Positions 39,727-48,819 of a stretch of 64,000 nucleotides of DNA are shown here, in pieces. Below the pieces are notes generated by a model. The model was given only the letters and a program-made list of their open reading frames with translations. It made no database searches and was not told the DNA's origin. Each line of letters opens with the position of its first letter. Position 1 is the stretch's first letter. This stretch comes from Clostridium sp. CAG:762 (lineage in GTDB: Bacteria > Bacillota_I > Bacilli_A > RF39 > UBA660): the NCBI GenBank assembly GCA_000432575.1, contig HF996829.1, positions 35,272 to 99,271 of the forward strand. The letters run 5' to 3'. The translations under genes and the position numbers were made by a program.

Positions 39727-40374
39727 TTATTCTAAACTATCTATAAAACTTTGAAATAATCTTCTTTGATAAACATCATCATTTTCTTCTGGGTGCCATT
39801 GGCAAGCAAGAAAAAATCTTTTACTATTATCCTCAAATCCTTCAATAACATTATCTTCACTTTTGGCATTTACAAAAAGAAAAGAACCCTTTACTTGATA
39901 ATTATGTCTTGAGCATACCATTATTGTCTCACTCTTCAAAATACTATATAACTTAGAATTTCTTCTTATTTTTACAGAATGATTAACTTTATAATGATTA
40001 TTCACTCTTACATAATTACCTCCCTTATAAAAAGCCATAGATTGCATACCAAGACATATCCCTAACGTAGGAATGTCATTTTTATATAAATAATCTATAA
40101 TCCTAATATCAAAATCATAAAACTCATCACCTCCCTGTAAAATAATACCATTACACATCTTAATTAAATCTAACATCTTATTAAAATCATAATCAGTAAT
40201 TTTAGGTCCTTCTTCATAACCAAAATCAATATAATTATCTTTACACGGTGGAATAATTACCATAACATTAACGTTATATCTTTGAATAACCTCTAATAAT
40301 TTCTTATTAACAACCATAACAAAATTATTTTGACTAGTTATATCTGGCCTAGCTACAATACCTATTATTTTCAT
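39727..40374 (-). CDS. Class I glutamine amidotransferase-like/peptidase C26 (gamma-glutamyl hydrolase family)
   Basis: Catalytic Cys GICLGMQ and His/Glu QWHPE. Start at MKIIGIV, which has a GGGGA RBS (track ORF to 40422). Confidence 0.7.
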   Translation of the reverse strand: MKIIGIVARPDITSQNNFVMVVNKKLLEVIQRYNVNVMVIIPPCKDNYIDFGYEEGPKITDYDFNKMLDLIKMCNGIILQGGDEFYDFDIRIIDYLYKNDIPTLGICLGMQSMAFYKGGNYVRVNNHYKVNHSVKIRRNSKLYSILKSETIMVCSRHNYQVKGSFLFVNAKSEDNVIEGFEDNSKRFFLACQWHPEENDDVYQRRLFQSFIDSLE

Positions 40375-40545
40375 ATAATCCCCAAAATAAAATATGAAAA
40401 AAAATAAAAATATATAACACAATTTTCAAAATAACTCTAAAATCTTAAACCATTAAAACAAAAAATATCAATTTTTTACAAATTTAGTATTCTCTAACTA
40501 TTAAAACTATGTTATAATAATTACAAAGAATAAAGAGGTGCTAAA

Positions 40546-41211
40546 ATGAATGAATTACTTTTTTTAGTTACAATTATAGTGTGCATGACAGGAATAATCG
40601 CTTTTTACAAGTACCTTGGTCATGATGGACTATATCTTTGGATTATCATTGCAACAATATTTTCATTCATTGCATCATTTAGAACGATGCCCTTATGCAA
40701 CTTTAATGTTAATGGAGCCTTTCCAATTCTCAGTTCCATCTATATATGCATTTTTATTCTAATAGAAAAGTACAATAAAAAAGAAACTAAAAAAGTTATC
40801 TCAGTTACTATTTTCACGATGCTAATAACAATATTTTATTTCTATATATCTTCAGTATATAAACCAAGCATCTATGATAATACTTCCGTTTACCTAACCA
40901 AACTATTAGAAAATAATTTCCTTAACTTAATACTATTTACAATAATGCTAGGACTAAGTGAATATTTAATAATTATTATATATAAACACATTAAAGAATA
41001 TTATGATAATCCATTTGTTAAAAATTGTTTAACCACGATTGTAATAAGCATCATTGATACAGCTATATATTTACCTATTATTTATCTTGGTAACAATAGC
41101 ATGAATGTAACTTATGTTGTACTTGCTACCTATACATTTAAATTAATGACATCAATTCTTTATTTACCTTTTATCTATTATATATTAACATTAAAGAAGG
41201 TGAAAAAATGA
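40546..41211 (+). CDS. Putative VUT-family (DUF165/YhhQ-like) vitamin/queuosine-precursor transporter, paralog 1
   Basis: About 220-aa six-TM protein with a pattern resembling YhhQ; weak. Confidence 0.4.
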   Translation: MNELLFLVTIIVCMTGIIAFYKYLGHDGLYLWIIIATIFSFIASFRTMPLCNFNVNGAFPILSSIYICIFILIEKYNKKETKKVISVTIFTMLITIFYFYISSVYKPSIYDNTSVYLTKLLENNFLNLILFTIMLGLSEYLIIIIYKHIKEYYDNPFVKNCLTTIVISIIDTAIYLPIIYLGNNSMNVTYVVLATYTFKLMTSILYLPFIYYILTLKKVKK

Positions 41212-41870
41212 ATGAATTAATTTTATTAATAGAAATTATTGTTACGTTTTTCGCACTTATCATGGCAAATAAATTATATGGTAAAAATGGTCTTTACTTT
41301 TGGTTAATAATATCCATAATTGCATCGACCATTCTCAGTGTCAAAACTGTCATTATATTCAAATATGAAGTAAGTCTTGGCATTGTTCCATATGTATCTA
41401 ATTTCATTTGCATGAACATCCTAGTTCAAAAATATGGAACCGAACAAAATAGAAAAATAGTTATCTGCTCTATTATGTCGCTTATTTTCTCATATTTTCT
41501 TATATTAATATTAAATAACTGTAGTATAGATTATATTAATTTAGAAAATAACGAAGCATTTATCAATGTTTTTAAACTAGATATTATCAAATGCATAGCC
41601 TTTGTAATAGCCTACATCGCTTCCATTTTAGCGAATATTGAACTATACTATCAAATAAGAAAAACTAAAAATAAAATATGGATTAGTAACCTCATAAGTA
41701 CTATAATCATACAATTTACAGATACTGTTTTATATTCAATTATTGCCTACCTTGTTTTTGCCGACATAAAATTTTTTGTCTTTTCTATAATAATTACTAC
41801 TATCATTAAATACATCGTGGGTATAATTGGCACAGGAGCAATATATATATGTAAAAAAATAGAAGATTAA
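41208..41870 (+). CDS. Putative VUT-family transporter, paralog 2 (4-nt ATGA overlap with paralog 1)
   Basis: Same length and topology, and a similar N-terminus (MNELI..); weak. Confidence 0.4.
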   Translation: MNELILLIEIIVTFFALIMANKLYGKNGLYFWLIISIIASTILSVKTVIIFKYEVSLGIVPYVSNFICMNILVQKYGTEQNRKIVICSIMSLIFSYFLILILNNCSIDYINLENNEAFINVFKLDIIKCIAFVIAYIASILANIELYYQIRKTKNKIWISNLISTIIIQFTDTVLYSIIAYLVFADIKFFVFSIIITTIIKYIVGIIGTGAIYICKKIED

Positions 41871-41883
41871 GGAGTATAACAAT

Positions 41884-42549
41884 ATGAGAACAAGCAAAGA
41901 AGAACTAATATCTAACGAATTAAAACCAATAATATGTCAAAAAATAAAAGATGCTAGAATTAAGTTTGGATATTCATTAGAAGATTTAGCAAAAGCACTT
42001 AATTATCAAAAAAACAGACAAACATTACATAAATATGAAAACGGCACATTAAATATTCCTTATAATATTTTATTTGAAATATGTCGCATTTTTAATATCG
42101 AAGATATTGATATCAGTAATATGCCGATTGACAAAGAAACAAAAAATAAATTCGAGCATAAATTTGTTAAAGATTATGTAAATAGCACTAGAAAAGATAA
42201 ACACTTAACTCCATATATTGAAAAAATTGTAGAAACATACAAAAATGCTATTTACGAACCTATTACAAATGCAAGTGATTTAACTATCAAAGTTATAGAC
42301 GATTCCATGGAACCTGCCTATTTAAAAAATGATAAAGTGAACATTGTTAAATTAGATTCCTACAAAAACGGAGACGACATTGTTATAGCCATTAAAAATA
42401 ACATCTTAGCCGTACGTAGGCTATATAAATATCCTAAAGGCATAATTTTACAAGCATTAAATCCCAAATATCAAACAATTAATATAAATATTGTATCAAA
42501 TGATATGATATTAGGAAAAGTTGTATCCTTAAAAAGAGAAATAAAATAG
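41884..42549 (+). CDS. XRE-family HTH regulator with a C-terminal S24 (LexA/CI-like) peptidase domain
   Basis: N-terminal HTH LEDLAKALNYQKNRQTLHKYENG; C-terminal ..DDSMEPAYLKNDKV.. (Ser-Lys dyad context). Confidence 0.65.
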   Translation: MRTSKEELISNELKPIICQKIKDARIKFGYSLEDLAKALNYQKNRQTLHKYENGTLNIPYNILFEICRIFNIEDIDISNMPIDKETKNKFEHKFVKDYVNSTRKDKHLTPYIEKIVETYKNAIYEPITNASDLTIKVIDDSMEPAYLKNDKVNIVKLDSYKNGDDIVIAIKNNILAVRRLYKYPKGIILQALNPKYQTININIVSNDMILGKVVSLKREIK

Positions 42550-42554
42550 TAATT

Positions 42555-42597
42555 ATGAACTGAACCCCAAAAGTTGGACAGTTTATTAATAGTTTCT
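42555..42597 (+). repeat. Solo IS3-family terminal inverted repeat (copy 1), TGAACTGAACCCCAAAAGTTGGACAGTTTATTAATAGTTTCTA
   Basis: Identical 43 bp occur at 46278..46320 next to an IS3 transposase C-terminal remnant; begins with the TGAACTG typical of IS3/IS150-group IRs. Confidence 0.5.
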
Positions 42598-42598
42598 A

Positions 42599-43066
42599 TT
42601 GGGTATTACCGACATCACAATAAATAGTAATGGTTTATATTATACTGGTGGAGGTGCTGGCACTAGTTATAAAACAAATATAGGACAGTCAACAACAGGA
42701 AATATAACTGGAGTATATGATATGAGTGGAGGAGCATATGAATATGTAATGGGAAATTATAATAAAACAGCAGGTAATTCAGGTCTAACAGTAAGTGGAA
42801 TACCTGCAGAACATATAGATATTTATTCAGGAACAAGCGTATCAGCAAGCCACCTAGGGGATGCAACAGGAGAGACAGCAGGCTGGTATAGTGATTACGC
42901 GGACTTTGTTAATTCTTCTAATCCCTGGTTCACTCGTGGAGGTAATTTTTATGATACTATGTCGTATGGTGGTATATTTAGTTTTGGATTCCCTATAAAT
43001 GGTGAATATAGCACTGGAATAAGTAAAGAAACTCATTCTTTTCGTACAGTCCTCTCAATAAAATAA
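42599..43066 (+). CDS. Gly/Thr/Ser/Tyr-rich ORF with atypical composition, probably the 3' part of a truncated gene (TTG start in the track)
   Basis: ..GGGAGTSYKTNIGQSTTGNITGVYDMSGGAYEYVMGNY..NPWFTRGGNFYDTMSYGGIFSFGFP... Starts 1 nt after the IS repeat; markedly more G-rich than the neighbouring DNA. Confidence 0.3.
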   Translation: MGITDITINSNGLYYTGGGAGTSYKTNIGQSTTGNITGVYDMSGGAYEYVMGNYNKTAGNSGLTVSGIPAEHIDIYSGTSVSASHLGDATGETAGWYSDYADFVNSSNPWFTRGGNFYDTMSYGGIFSFGFPINGEYSTGISKETHSFRTVLSIK

Positions 43067-43151
43067 GAAAATCTTAATTTTACAATATCTATGAAAATTA
43101 TTTCATAAAAAGATAAAACCTATGTTATAATAGTATTGAGGTTGATATATT

Positions 43152-43577
43152 ATGAGTTTTATATGGTTGTTATGTAAAGTAATTTTGGCAATTGAAGGGT
43201 ATAATATTATAGTAGATTATATTATTACTAAGAAAGCATTTAATGATATCAAAAAAGAATATAATTTTTTAATTAAGCCTAAATATAATATTAGGGATAA
43301 TCTTTCTTTTAATATCTTAATTGATATTATTAGTATACATACTAAATTAAAATATTATCATGAATTTAAAAGTCTCTTAATTGAAGAATTTTTAAATGAA
43401 AACATTATTGTCGTTAAAATTCAAGAACAAACTACTTATATTGAAAAAGATAAAGACATGAATAATTGCAGTAATTATAATAAAGAAAATGATAACATTA
43501 TAAATAATTATAATAACAACAAAAATAAAAACAAACCTAAAAAACTTGTTAAAAAGAAAGAAGATAGAAGAAAGTAA
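43152..43577 (+). CDS. Hypothetical protein (141 aa) with an Asn/Lys-rich tail
   Basis: ORF only. Confidence 0.3.
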   Translation: MSFIWLLCKVILAIEGYNIIVDYIITKKAFNDIKKEYNFLIKPKYNIRDNLSFNILIDIISIHTKLKYYHEFKSLLIEEFLNENIIVVKIQEQTTYIEKDKDMNNCSNYNKENDNIINNYNNNKNKNKPKKLVKKKEDRRK

Positions 43578-43630
43578 CAATTACTATTTCTATCTTTTTT
43601 TAATTAGCATATAATTTTTTAGGTGAATAT

Positions 43631-44470
43631 ATGAAAAAGATATTTCAATTTATAGGTTTATTTGTATTAATATGTTTCAGTTTCTTTTATACCGAAAAAG
43701 CCATCACTGTATTAAACGAACAAGATCCTATCATGGTCGAAATAGAAAATAAAAAAGACCATTACTATCTCAAACCAATTGATGCTACTATTAAATATAA
43801 CACTATCATTCCAGGAATAAGAGGAAAAGAAGTAAATATTAATAAAACATATGATAACATGAAAAAAATAGGTTTCTTTAATGAAAAAAACATCATTTAT
43901 GATGATATTAAACCTAGTATTAGTTTATGCGATAACTATGATAAATACATAATAAGAGGTAATAGTATTAAAAACAGCATTGCCTTACTATTTATTATCA
44001 AGGAAGATAAATACCTAGATAATTTAATTAGAATTGCCAAAGATAAAGATATAACAGTCAATCTATTCATAACCACTGATTATCTAAATAATAACATATC
44101 TAAATTATATAAATTAACAAATACCGAAATATATAACTTTGGTAATGAAGGTATTTATCAAAAAGATTTAATCATATTAGGTAATAACATTATTAATAGA
44201 AATGCCAAAAATAGATCAAGTTATTGTTTAACCAAAGAAATGTTTACAGATACCCTAAATATTTGTACCAAAAATAAAATGCATACAATATATCCTAGTA
44301 AAATAATTAATAGTAACTTTTATAGTAATATAAAAAGTGATATTACTAAAGGAGATATTATCTTACTTGAATTAACTAATAATATGTTAGAAGAACTAAA
44401 TACTATCATTGATTTCATTAAGAAAAAAGGCATTAATATTATAGGTTTAAACGAATTATTAAATGAATAG
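43631..44470 (+). CDS. Degenerate polysaccharide-deacetylase-like (NodB-fold) protein with a signal/TM anchor
   Basis: Resembles PdaB/YlxY-like proteins, but the catalytic TFDDG motif is replaced (NSIALLFIIKEDKY). Confidence 0.4.
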   Translation: MKKIFQFIGLFVLICFSFFYTEKAITVLNEQDPIMVEIENKKDHYYLKPIDATIKYNTIIPGIRGKEVNINKTYDNMKKIGFFNEKNIIYDDIKPSISLCDNYDKYIIRGNSIKNSIALLFIIKEDKYLDNLIRIAKDKDITVNLFITTDYLNNNISKLYKLTNTEIYNFGNEGIYQKDLIILGNNIINRNAKNRSSYCLTKEMFTDTLNICTKNKMHTIYPSKIINSNFYSNIKSDITKGDIILLELTNNMLEELNTIIDFIKKKGINIIGLNELLNE

Positions 44471-44627
44471 AAAATTATTTACTATTATTTATTTACATAC
44501 GATAAAAGAACTTTAAAGAACTATAACCGCGATAGCAAACAACATAAAAGACTGTCTTGTCTTTTTTTCTTTTATATGATATAATCTATATTGTCTTTAT
44601 ACTTTATTAATTTATGAAAGGAGAAAA

Positions 44628-46274
44628 ATGAGTAAAATTAAAATGTTTAGTCTCGGTGGTTTAAACGAAACTGGTAAAAACATGTTTGTAATTGAAATAA
44701 ATAAAAACATCCTTATCTTCGATGCCGGACTTAAATATATGGATTCAGGAGCATTAGGAATAGATTATATCATTCCTAACACTGATTATTTAAAAGAAAA
44801 TATTAATAGAATAAAAGGGATCTTTTTAACACATGGTCATGATGAAAATATCGGGGCATTAGAAGACATTATTCCAAGTTTAGATGGAGTTAATATATAT
44901 GCCGCGAAATTCACTTTAGATATCATAAAAAAGAATTTTGAAGAAAGTCATATTCCAACAAATAAATTAATTGAAATCAAACCACACAAAACCATTACTG
45001 TAGGAGGCATCAACATATTTCCGGTTAGCCTAAGCCATTCTATTCCAGATAACCTAGGCTTTGCTATTTATACCGATGATGGTGTAATTTTCTATGCTAG
45101 TGATTTTGTATTCGATTCAATGATGACAGATGTTTATCAAACAGATGTTGGAAAACTAGCTTACATTGGTAAACAAGGTGTCCTATGTCTCCTAAGTGAG
45201 TCAATGTTTGCAAGTAGACCTGGTTTTACATCCCCAAATCATAGAATAGGTAGTCTAATCAAAGAAGCATTAAGCAACTGTGAAGGCAGAATTATATTTA
45301 ATACATTATCATCCCATTTATATAGAATACAAGAACTATTTAATGAAGTATCAAAGACAAAGAGAAAAGTAGTAATAATGGGAAAAAAGTTACAAAATAT
45401 AATAAACGATGCCATTACTAATAACTATTTGAATGTAAATAAAGACATCATAGGAGATTTAAGCAATATCAATGATAACAATGTTATTATCCTAGTATCA
45501 ACCGAAAAAGAAAAGCCATATTCTAACATTGTTAAAATCGTAAATGGCTATGATAAATTTATCAAATTAAAAGAAACAGACACAATGTTTATTGCAATAC
45601 CAGTATATGTAGGTAAAGAAAAAATATATTATGAAATGCTTGATAACATTGCTAAAACAGGTTCTAACATCATAACCTTATCTCCAAAAAACAATCTATC
45701 ACTTCATGCCTCTCAAGAAGATTTAATGTTAATGTTAAACCTAATGAAACCAAAATATTATTTCCCAATTAAAGGAGAATATCGTTTCCAAGTTGATAAT
45801 GGGGAACTTGCTTACAAACTAGGTATGCCAAAAGAAAATATCTTATTAAAACAAAATGGTGATGTTGTATCTATTACAGATGGAAAATTAGATAATAGGT
45901 TTGAGCATATTAACTGTGAACCTATCCTAATCGATGGAGACATGCCTGATGACATTGGTGAAATTGTCTTAAAAGATAGAGAATTACTTAAAGATAATGG
46001 TATTGTCATCGTATCTGTTACCTTAAATAAAGAAAATAAAAAGATAATTGCAGGACCTGAAATATTAACAAGAGGCTTCATTTATGTAAAAGATAACACT
46101 GTTTTAATTAGAGACATGTCTAAATTAGTAAGTGATTTAATAACCACTAATACAAGATTTCATTATGTTGACTATGTAAAATTAAAAAATTTAATTCGTG
46201 AAGAACTAAGCAAATTTTTATACAAAGAAACCGAATGCAATCCTATGATTATATCTATTATTCAAGAAATATAA
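44628..46274 (+). CDS. rnj: Ribonuclease J (metallo-beta-lactamase/beta-CASP)
   Basis: MSKIKMFSLGGLNETGKNMFVIE.., LTHGHDENIG (motif II, non-canonical), and a beta-CASP plus C-terminal domain; 548 aa. Confidence 0.9.
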   Translation: MSKIKMFSLGGLNETGKNMFVIEINKNILIFDAGLKYMDSGALGIDYIIPNTDYLKENINRIKGIFLTHGHDENIGALEDIIPSLDGVNIYAAKFTLDIIKKNFEESHIPTNKLIEIKPHKTITVGGINIFPVSLSHSIPDNLGFAIYTDDGVIFYASDFVFDSMMTDVYQTDVGKLAYIGKQGVLCLLSESMFASRPGFTSPNHRIGSLIKEALSNCEGRIIFNTLSSHLYRIQELFNEVSKTKRKVVIMGKKLQNIINDAITNNYLNVNKDIIGDLSNINDNNVIILVSTEKEKPYSNIVKIVNGYDKFIKLKETDTMFIAIPVYVGKEKIYYEMLDNIAKTGSNIITLSPKNNLSLHASQEDLMLMLNLMKPKYYFPIKGEYRFQVDNGELAYKLGMPKENILLKQNGDVVSITDGKLDNRFEHINCEPILIDGDMPDDIGEIVLKDRELLKDNGIVIVSVTLNKENKKIIAGPEILTRGFIYVKDNTVLIRDMSKLVSDLITTNTRFHYVDYVKLKNLIREELSKFLYKETECNPMIISIIQEI

Positions 46275-46277
46275 CTA

Positions 46278-46320
46278 GTTTTAATGAACTGAACCCCAAA
46301 AGTTGGACAGTTTATTAATA
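46278..46320 (+). repeat. IS3-family terminal inverted repeat (copy 2), identical to 42555..42597
   Basis: 43/43 identity in direct orientation. Confidence 0.5.
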
Positions 46321-46332
46321 GTTTCTAATTAG

Positions 46333-46470
46333 AGGATTGTAATCTGTAATTTACGGGTGACAATCCTTTTAATTTTTCTTTTATTCTATCATAATTATAA
46401 TAATAAATATAGTCATCAATCGCTAAAATTAATTCATCTAGTGTTTCAAAAATGTAACTTAAAAAGTTAC
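46333..46470 (-). pseudogene. Remnant of an IS3-family transposase (OrfB C-terminus only)
   Basis: The minus strand translates to ETLDELILAIDDYIYYYNYDRIKEKLKGLSPVNYRLQSSN*, the conserved C-terminal tail of IS3-family integrase-core transposases; no upstream body. Confidence 0.55.
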
Positions 46471-46475
46471 ACGGT

Positions 46476-46510
46476 CTCGTTAGGTCTCGTTAGGTCTGGT
46501 CTCGTTAACT
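46476..46510. repeat. Short tandem decamer repeat (GGTCTCGTTA x about 3.5)
   Basis: CGGTCTCGTTAGGTCTCGTTAGGTCTGGTCTCGTTAAC, at the point where the IS remnant is truncated. Confidence 0.5.
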
Positions 46511-46640
46511 TAACTGTGTCCTACTTAGACACAGTTAAATGAAAAAGGTCAGGCATTTAAAGAAAGTATATAATGTTTTCAAATTAAATGATATAATTTT
46601 TTTAAAGTGTAAATATATTATTTTAGGGATGTGGTTATAT

Positions 46641-47639
46641 ATGTTAGATATAGATTTTAATCAAATTATTGAAATGATTGAAAAACGGAAAAAAAATGCA
46701 TATAAAAAAGTAAATGAAGAAATGATTTTATTATATTTAGAAGTTGGTAAATTTTTATATGAGCTAAAAGAAGACAGTAATTATGGTGATAAAATAACAA
46801 CTAAAGCCTCAGATTTTATGAAAAATAATTATCCAACTATAAAAGGATTTACTAAAAGAAATATAGAACGTATGATTCAATTTTATAGTACTTATAAAGA
46901 TGATGAGATTGCGACACCACTGGTGACGCAATTGTCGTGGACAAACAATCTACTTATATTAAGTGGAGCTAAAAGCAAAGAGGAAAGACACTTTTATTTA
47001 AAATTATCTGTTAAAAATAATTATTCAAAAAGAGAATTAGATAGACAAATATCATCCGCATATTATGAAAGATATATGCTTTCAGGGGGAGAGCAATTAC
47101 CAATAGTAAATAAAACAGTAGATGAAGATGATTATCCAAATACTAGAATTTTAGATACATATAGTTTAGAGTTTTTAGATTTACCTAATGAATTTTCTGA
47201 AAAGGATTTGAAAAATGCAATTATAAAGAACTTAAAAGATTTTATATTAGAAGTTGGTAAAGATTTTACTTTTATTGGGGATGAATATAGAGTTCAAGTT
47301 GGAAATCATGACTTCTTTATTGATCTATTATTTTATAACAGAGAGCTATCTTGTTTAGTAGCATTTGAATTAAAATTAGGAGAATTTAAAGCAGAATATT
47401 TAGGGAAAATGAATTTATATTTAGAAGCACTAGATAGAGATGTGAAAAAAGAACTAGAGAATCCAAGTGTTGGGGTTATATTATGTAGTTCTAAAGATGC
47501 AGATGTTGTTGAATATTCAATTAGTAAAAACATGTCTCAGACTATGATTTCTAAATATAAGTTAGAATTAATTGATAAAAAATTATTAGAGACAAAACTT
47601 AAAGAAATGAAAAATTTGATAGATAATAATGATAAATAG
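46641..47639 (+). CDS. YhcG-like DUF1016 protein with a PD-(D/E)xK nuclease domain
   Basis: The C-terminal ..GDEYRVQVGNHDFFIDLLFYNRELSCLVAFELKLGEF.. has a D..ELK arrangement. Start at the internal Met (track ORF from 46539). Confidence 0.6.
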   Translation: MLDIDFNQIIEMIEKRKKNAYKKVNEEMILLYLEVGKFLYELKEDSNYGDKITTKASDFMKNNYPTIKGFTKRNIERMIQFYSTYKDDEIATPLVTQLSWTNNLLILSGAKSKEERHFYLKLSVKNNYSKRELDRQISSAYYERYMLSGGEQLPIVNKTVDEDDYPNTRILDTYSLEFLDLPNEFSEKDLKNAIIKNLKDFILEVGKDFTFIGDEYRVQVGNHDFFIDLLFYNRELSCLVAFELKLGEFKAEYLGKMNLYLEALDRDVKKELENPSVGVILCSSKDADVVEYSISKNMSQTMISKYKLELIDKKLLETKLKEMKNLIDNNDK

Positions 47640-47875
47640 TATTTTGAAAGTTAGTTGATATTATGATAAAAAATCACTAATTGAGACACAACTAATAAAA
47701 ATGTTTATTTTAAAAGAACATTTAACATTTGTAACTTAGTACTGATTTAATAATTTGATAGATATATATAGTTTCTAGATGTTGTATAATATGATGTTTA
47801 AATTATAATTTTGTATTACAAAAGATAAATAATTGTTATAAAGTATGATCAATAGCAAAAAAATAAAAATACTAC

Positions 47876-47905
47876 TTGACAAAATGTTTAATATAATATA
47901 TATTG
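47876..47905 (+). promoter_or_regulatory. Candidate sigma-A promoter upstream of secE (TTGACA-17-TATATT)
   Basis: ACTTGACAAAATGTTTAATATAATATATATTG. Confidence 0.35.
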
Positions 47906-47945
47906 TATTTAGACACGAGATAGTGTTTTTATTTTGGAGGAAAGT

Positions 47946-48119
47946 ATGAAAAAAATAGCTAGATATTTTAGCGGTGTTAAAAAGGAGATTAGTCGTGTTA
48001 GATGGCTAAGTAAAAAAAATTTAGTTAAATTTTCTATTGCTACTATTAGTTTTGTAGTTTTCTTTAGTTTATATTTTTACGCGATTGATTATATTACGGC
48101 ATGGCTTAGGACTTTATAA
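47946..48119 (+). CDS. secE: Preprotein translocase subunit SecE
   Basis: MKKIARYFSGVKKEISRVRWLSKKNLVKFSIATISFVVFFSLYF plus conserved position before nusG. Confidence 0.8.
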   Translation: MKKIARYFSGVKKEISRVRWLSKKNLVKFSIATISFVVFFSLYFYAIDYITAWLRTL

Positions 48120-48673
48120 TGGAATTAGAAAAAGAAAATAAGAAAAAAGAATGGTTTGTTGTTAATACTGTTTCAGGTCATGAATACAAGGTAAAAGAAA
48201 AACTTGAGATGCGTATTGAAACAATGGGGTTACAGGATCGTATATTTAGAGTTATTGTTCCTGAACAAAAAGAAATTGAATATAAAGATGGCGTAAAAAA
48301 AGAAAAAGTAAAGAAAATGTTTCCTGGTTATGTACTTATTGAAATGATTATGAATGATGATGACTGGTTTATCGTTAGAAATACTCAAGGTGTAACTGGT
48401 TTCATTGGATCGTCTGGTAAGGGTGCTAAACCAATACCATTATTACCACAAGAAGTTGATAAGATACTCGGTAATATGGGTATGAGTAGAATTGATATAA
48501 CTAAGGAATTAAAAGAAGGTAATAAGGTTAAGATAGTAAGTGGACCATTTAAAGATATGATAGGTAAAATTGCTAGTGTAGATTTAAAGGAACAAAAACT
48601 TACTGTATTAATTGATTTATTTGGTCAAGAAACTTCAGTAGAAGTGGAACTTGCTCAAATAGAAAATTTATAA
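48119..48673 (+). CDS. nusG: Transcription termination/antitermination factor NusG
   Basis: EWFVVNTVSGHEYKVKEKLE, KMFPGYVLIEM, and a C-terminal KOW (GNKVKIVSGPFKDMIGKI). Confidence 0.95.
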   Translation: MELEKENKKKEWFVVNTVSGHEYKVKEKLEMRIETMGLQDRIFRVIVPEQKEIEYKDGVKKEKVKKMFPGYVLIEMIMNDDDWFIVRNTQGVTGFIGSSGKGAKPIPLLPQEVDKILGNMGMSRIDITKELKEGNKVKIVSGPFKDMIGKIASVDLKEQKLTVLIDLFGQETSVEVELAQIENL

Positions 48674-48819
48674 AAATTTGAAAAGTTATTGCTAAAATAA
48701 AAAAAATGTGTTATTATTTTAAACGCAGCTGTATATTATATACAGATATATGGGACTTTTAGTGGGAGGCGGAAGCTAATTGAACCACATGCGAAAAATT
48801 ATTATAGGAGGTGTTTTTC

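Noticed and set aside
40423-40545. Searched for a preQ1 riboswitch upstream of the putative queuosine-precursor transporters
   Set aside because: No hairpin with a CCC..GGG stem followed by the A-rich CUA tail characteristic of preQ1-I, and no preQ1-II-like pseudoknot elements.
42555-46320. Composite transposon carrying rnj between the two IS repeats
   Set aside because: The repeats are in direct orientation and are solo 43-bp ends without transposase genes. rnj is a core gene. Independent IS-end remnants are more parsimonious.
46476-46510. The GGTCTCGTTA tandem array considered as a CRISPR-like or minisatellite locus
   Set aside because: The units are only 10 bp, directly abutting with no spacers, and only about 3.5 copies. 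It is interpreted as a slippage or deletion scar next to the IS remnant.
47640-47945. Looked for tRNA or rRNA genes in the long AT-rich spacer before secE (a common location in Firmicutes)
   Set aside because: No GC-rich cloverleaf-like segments; the sequence is uniformly AT-rich with only a promoter-like motif.
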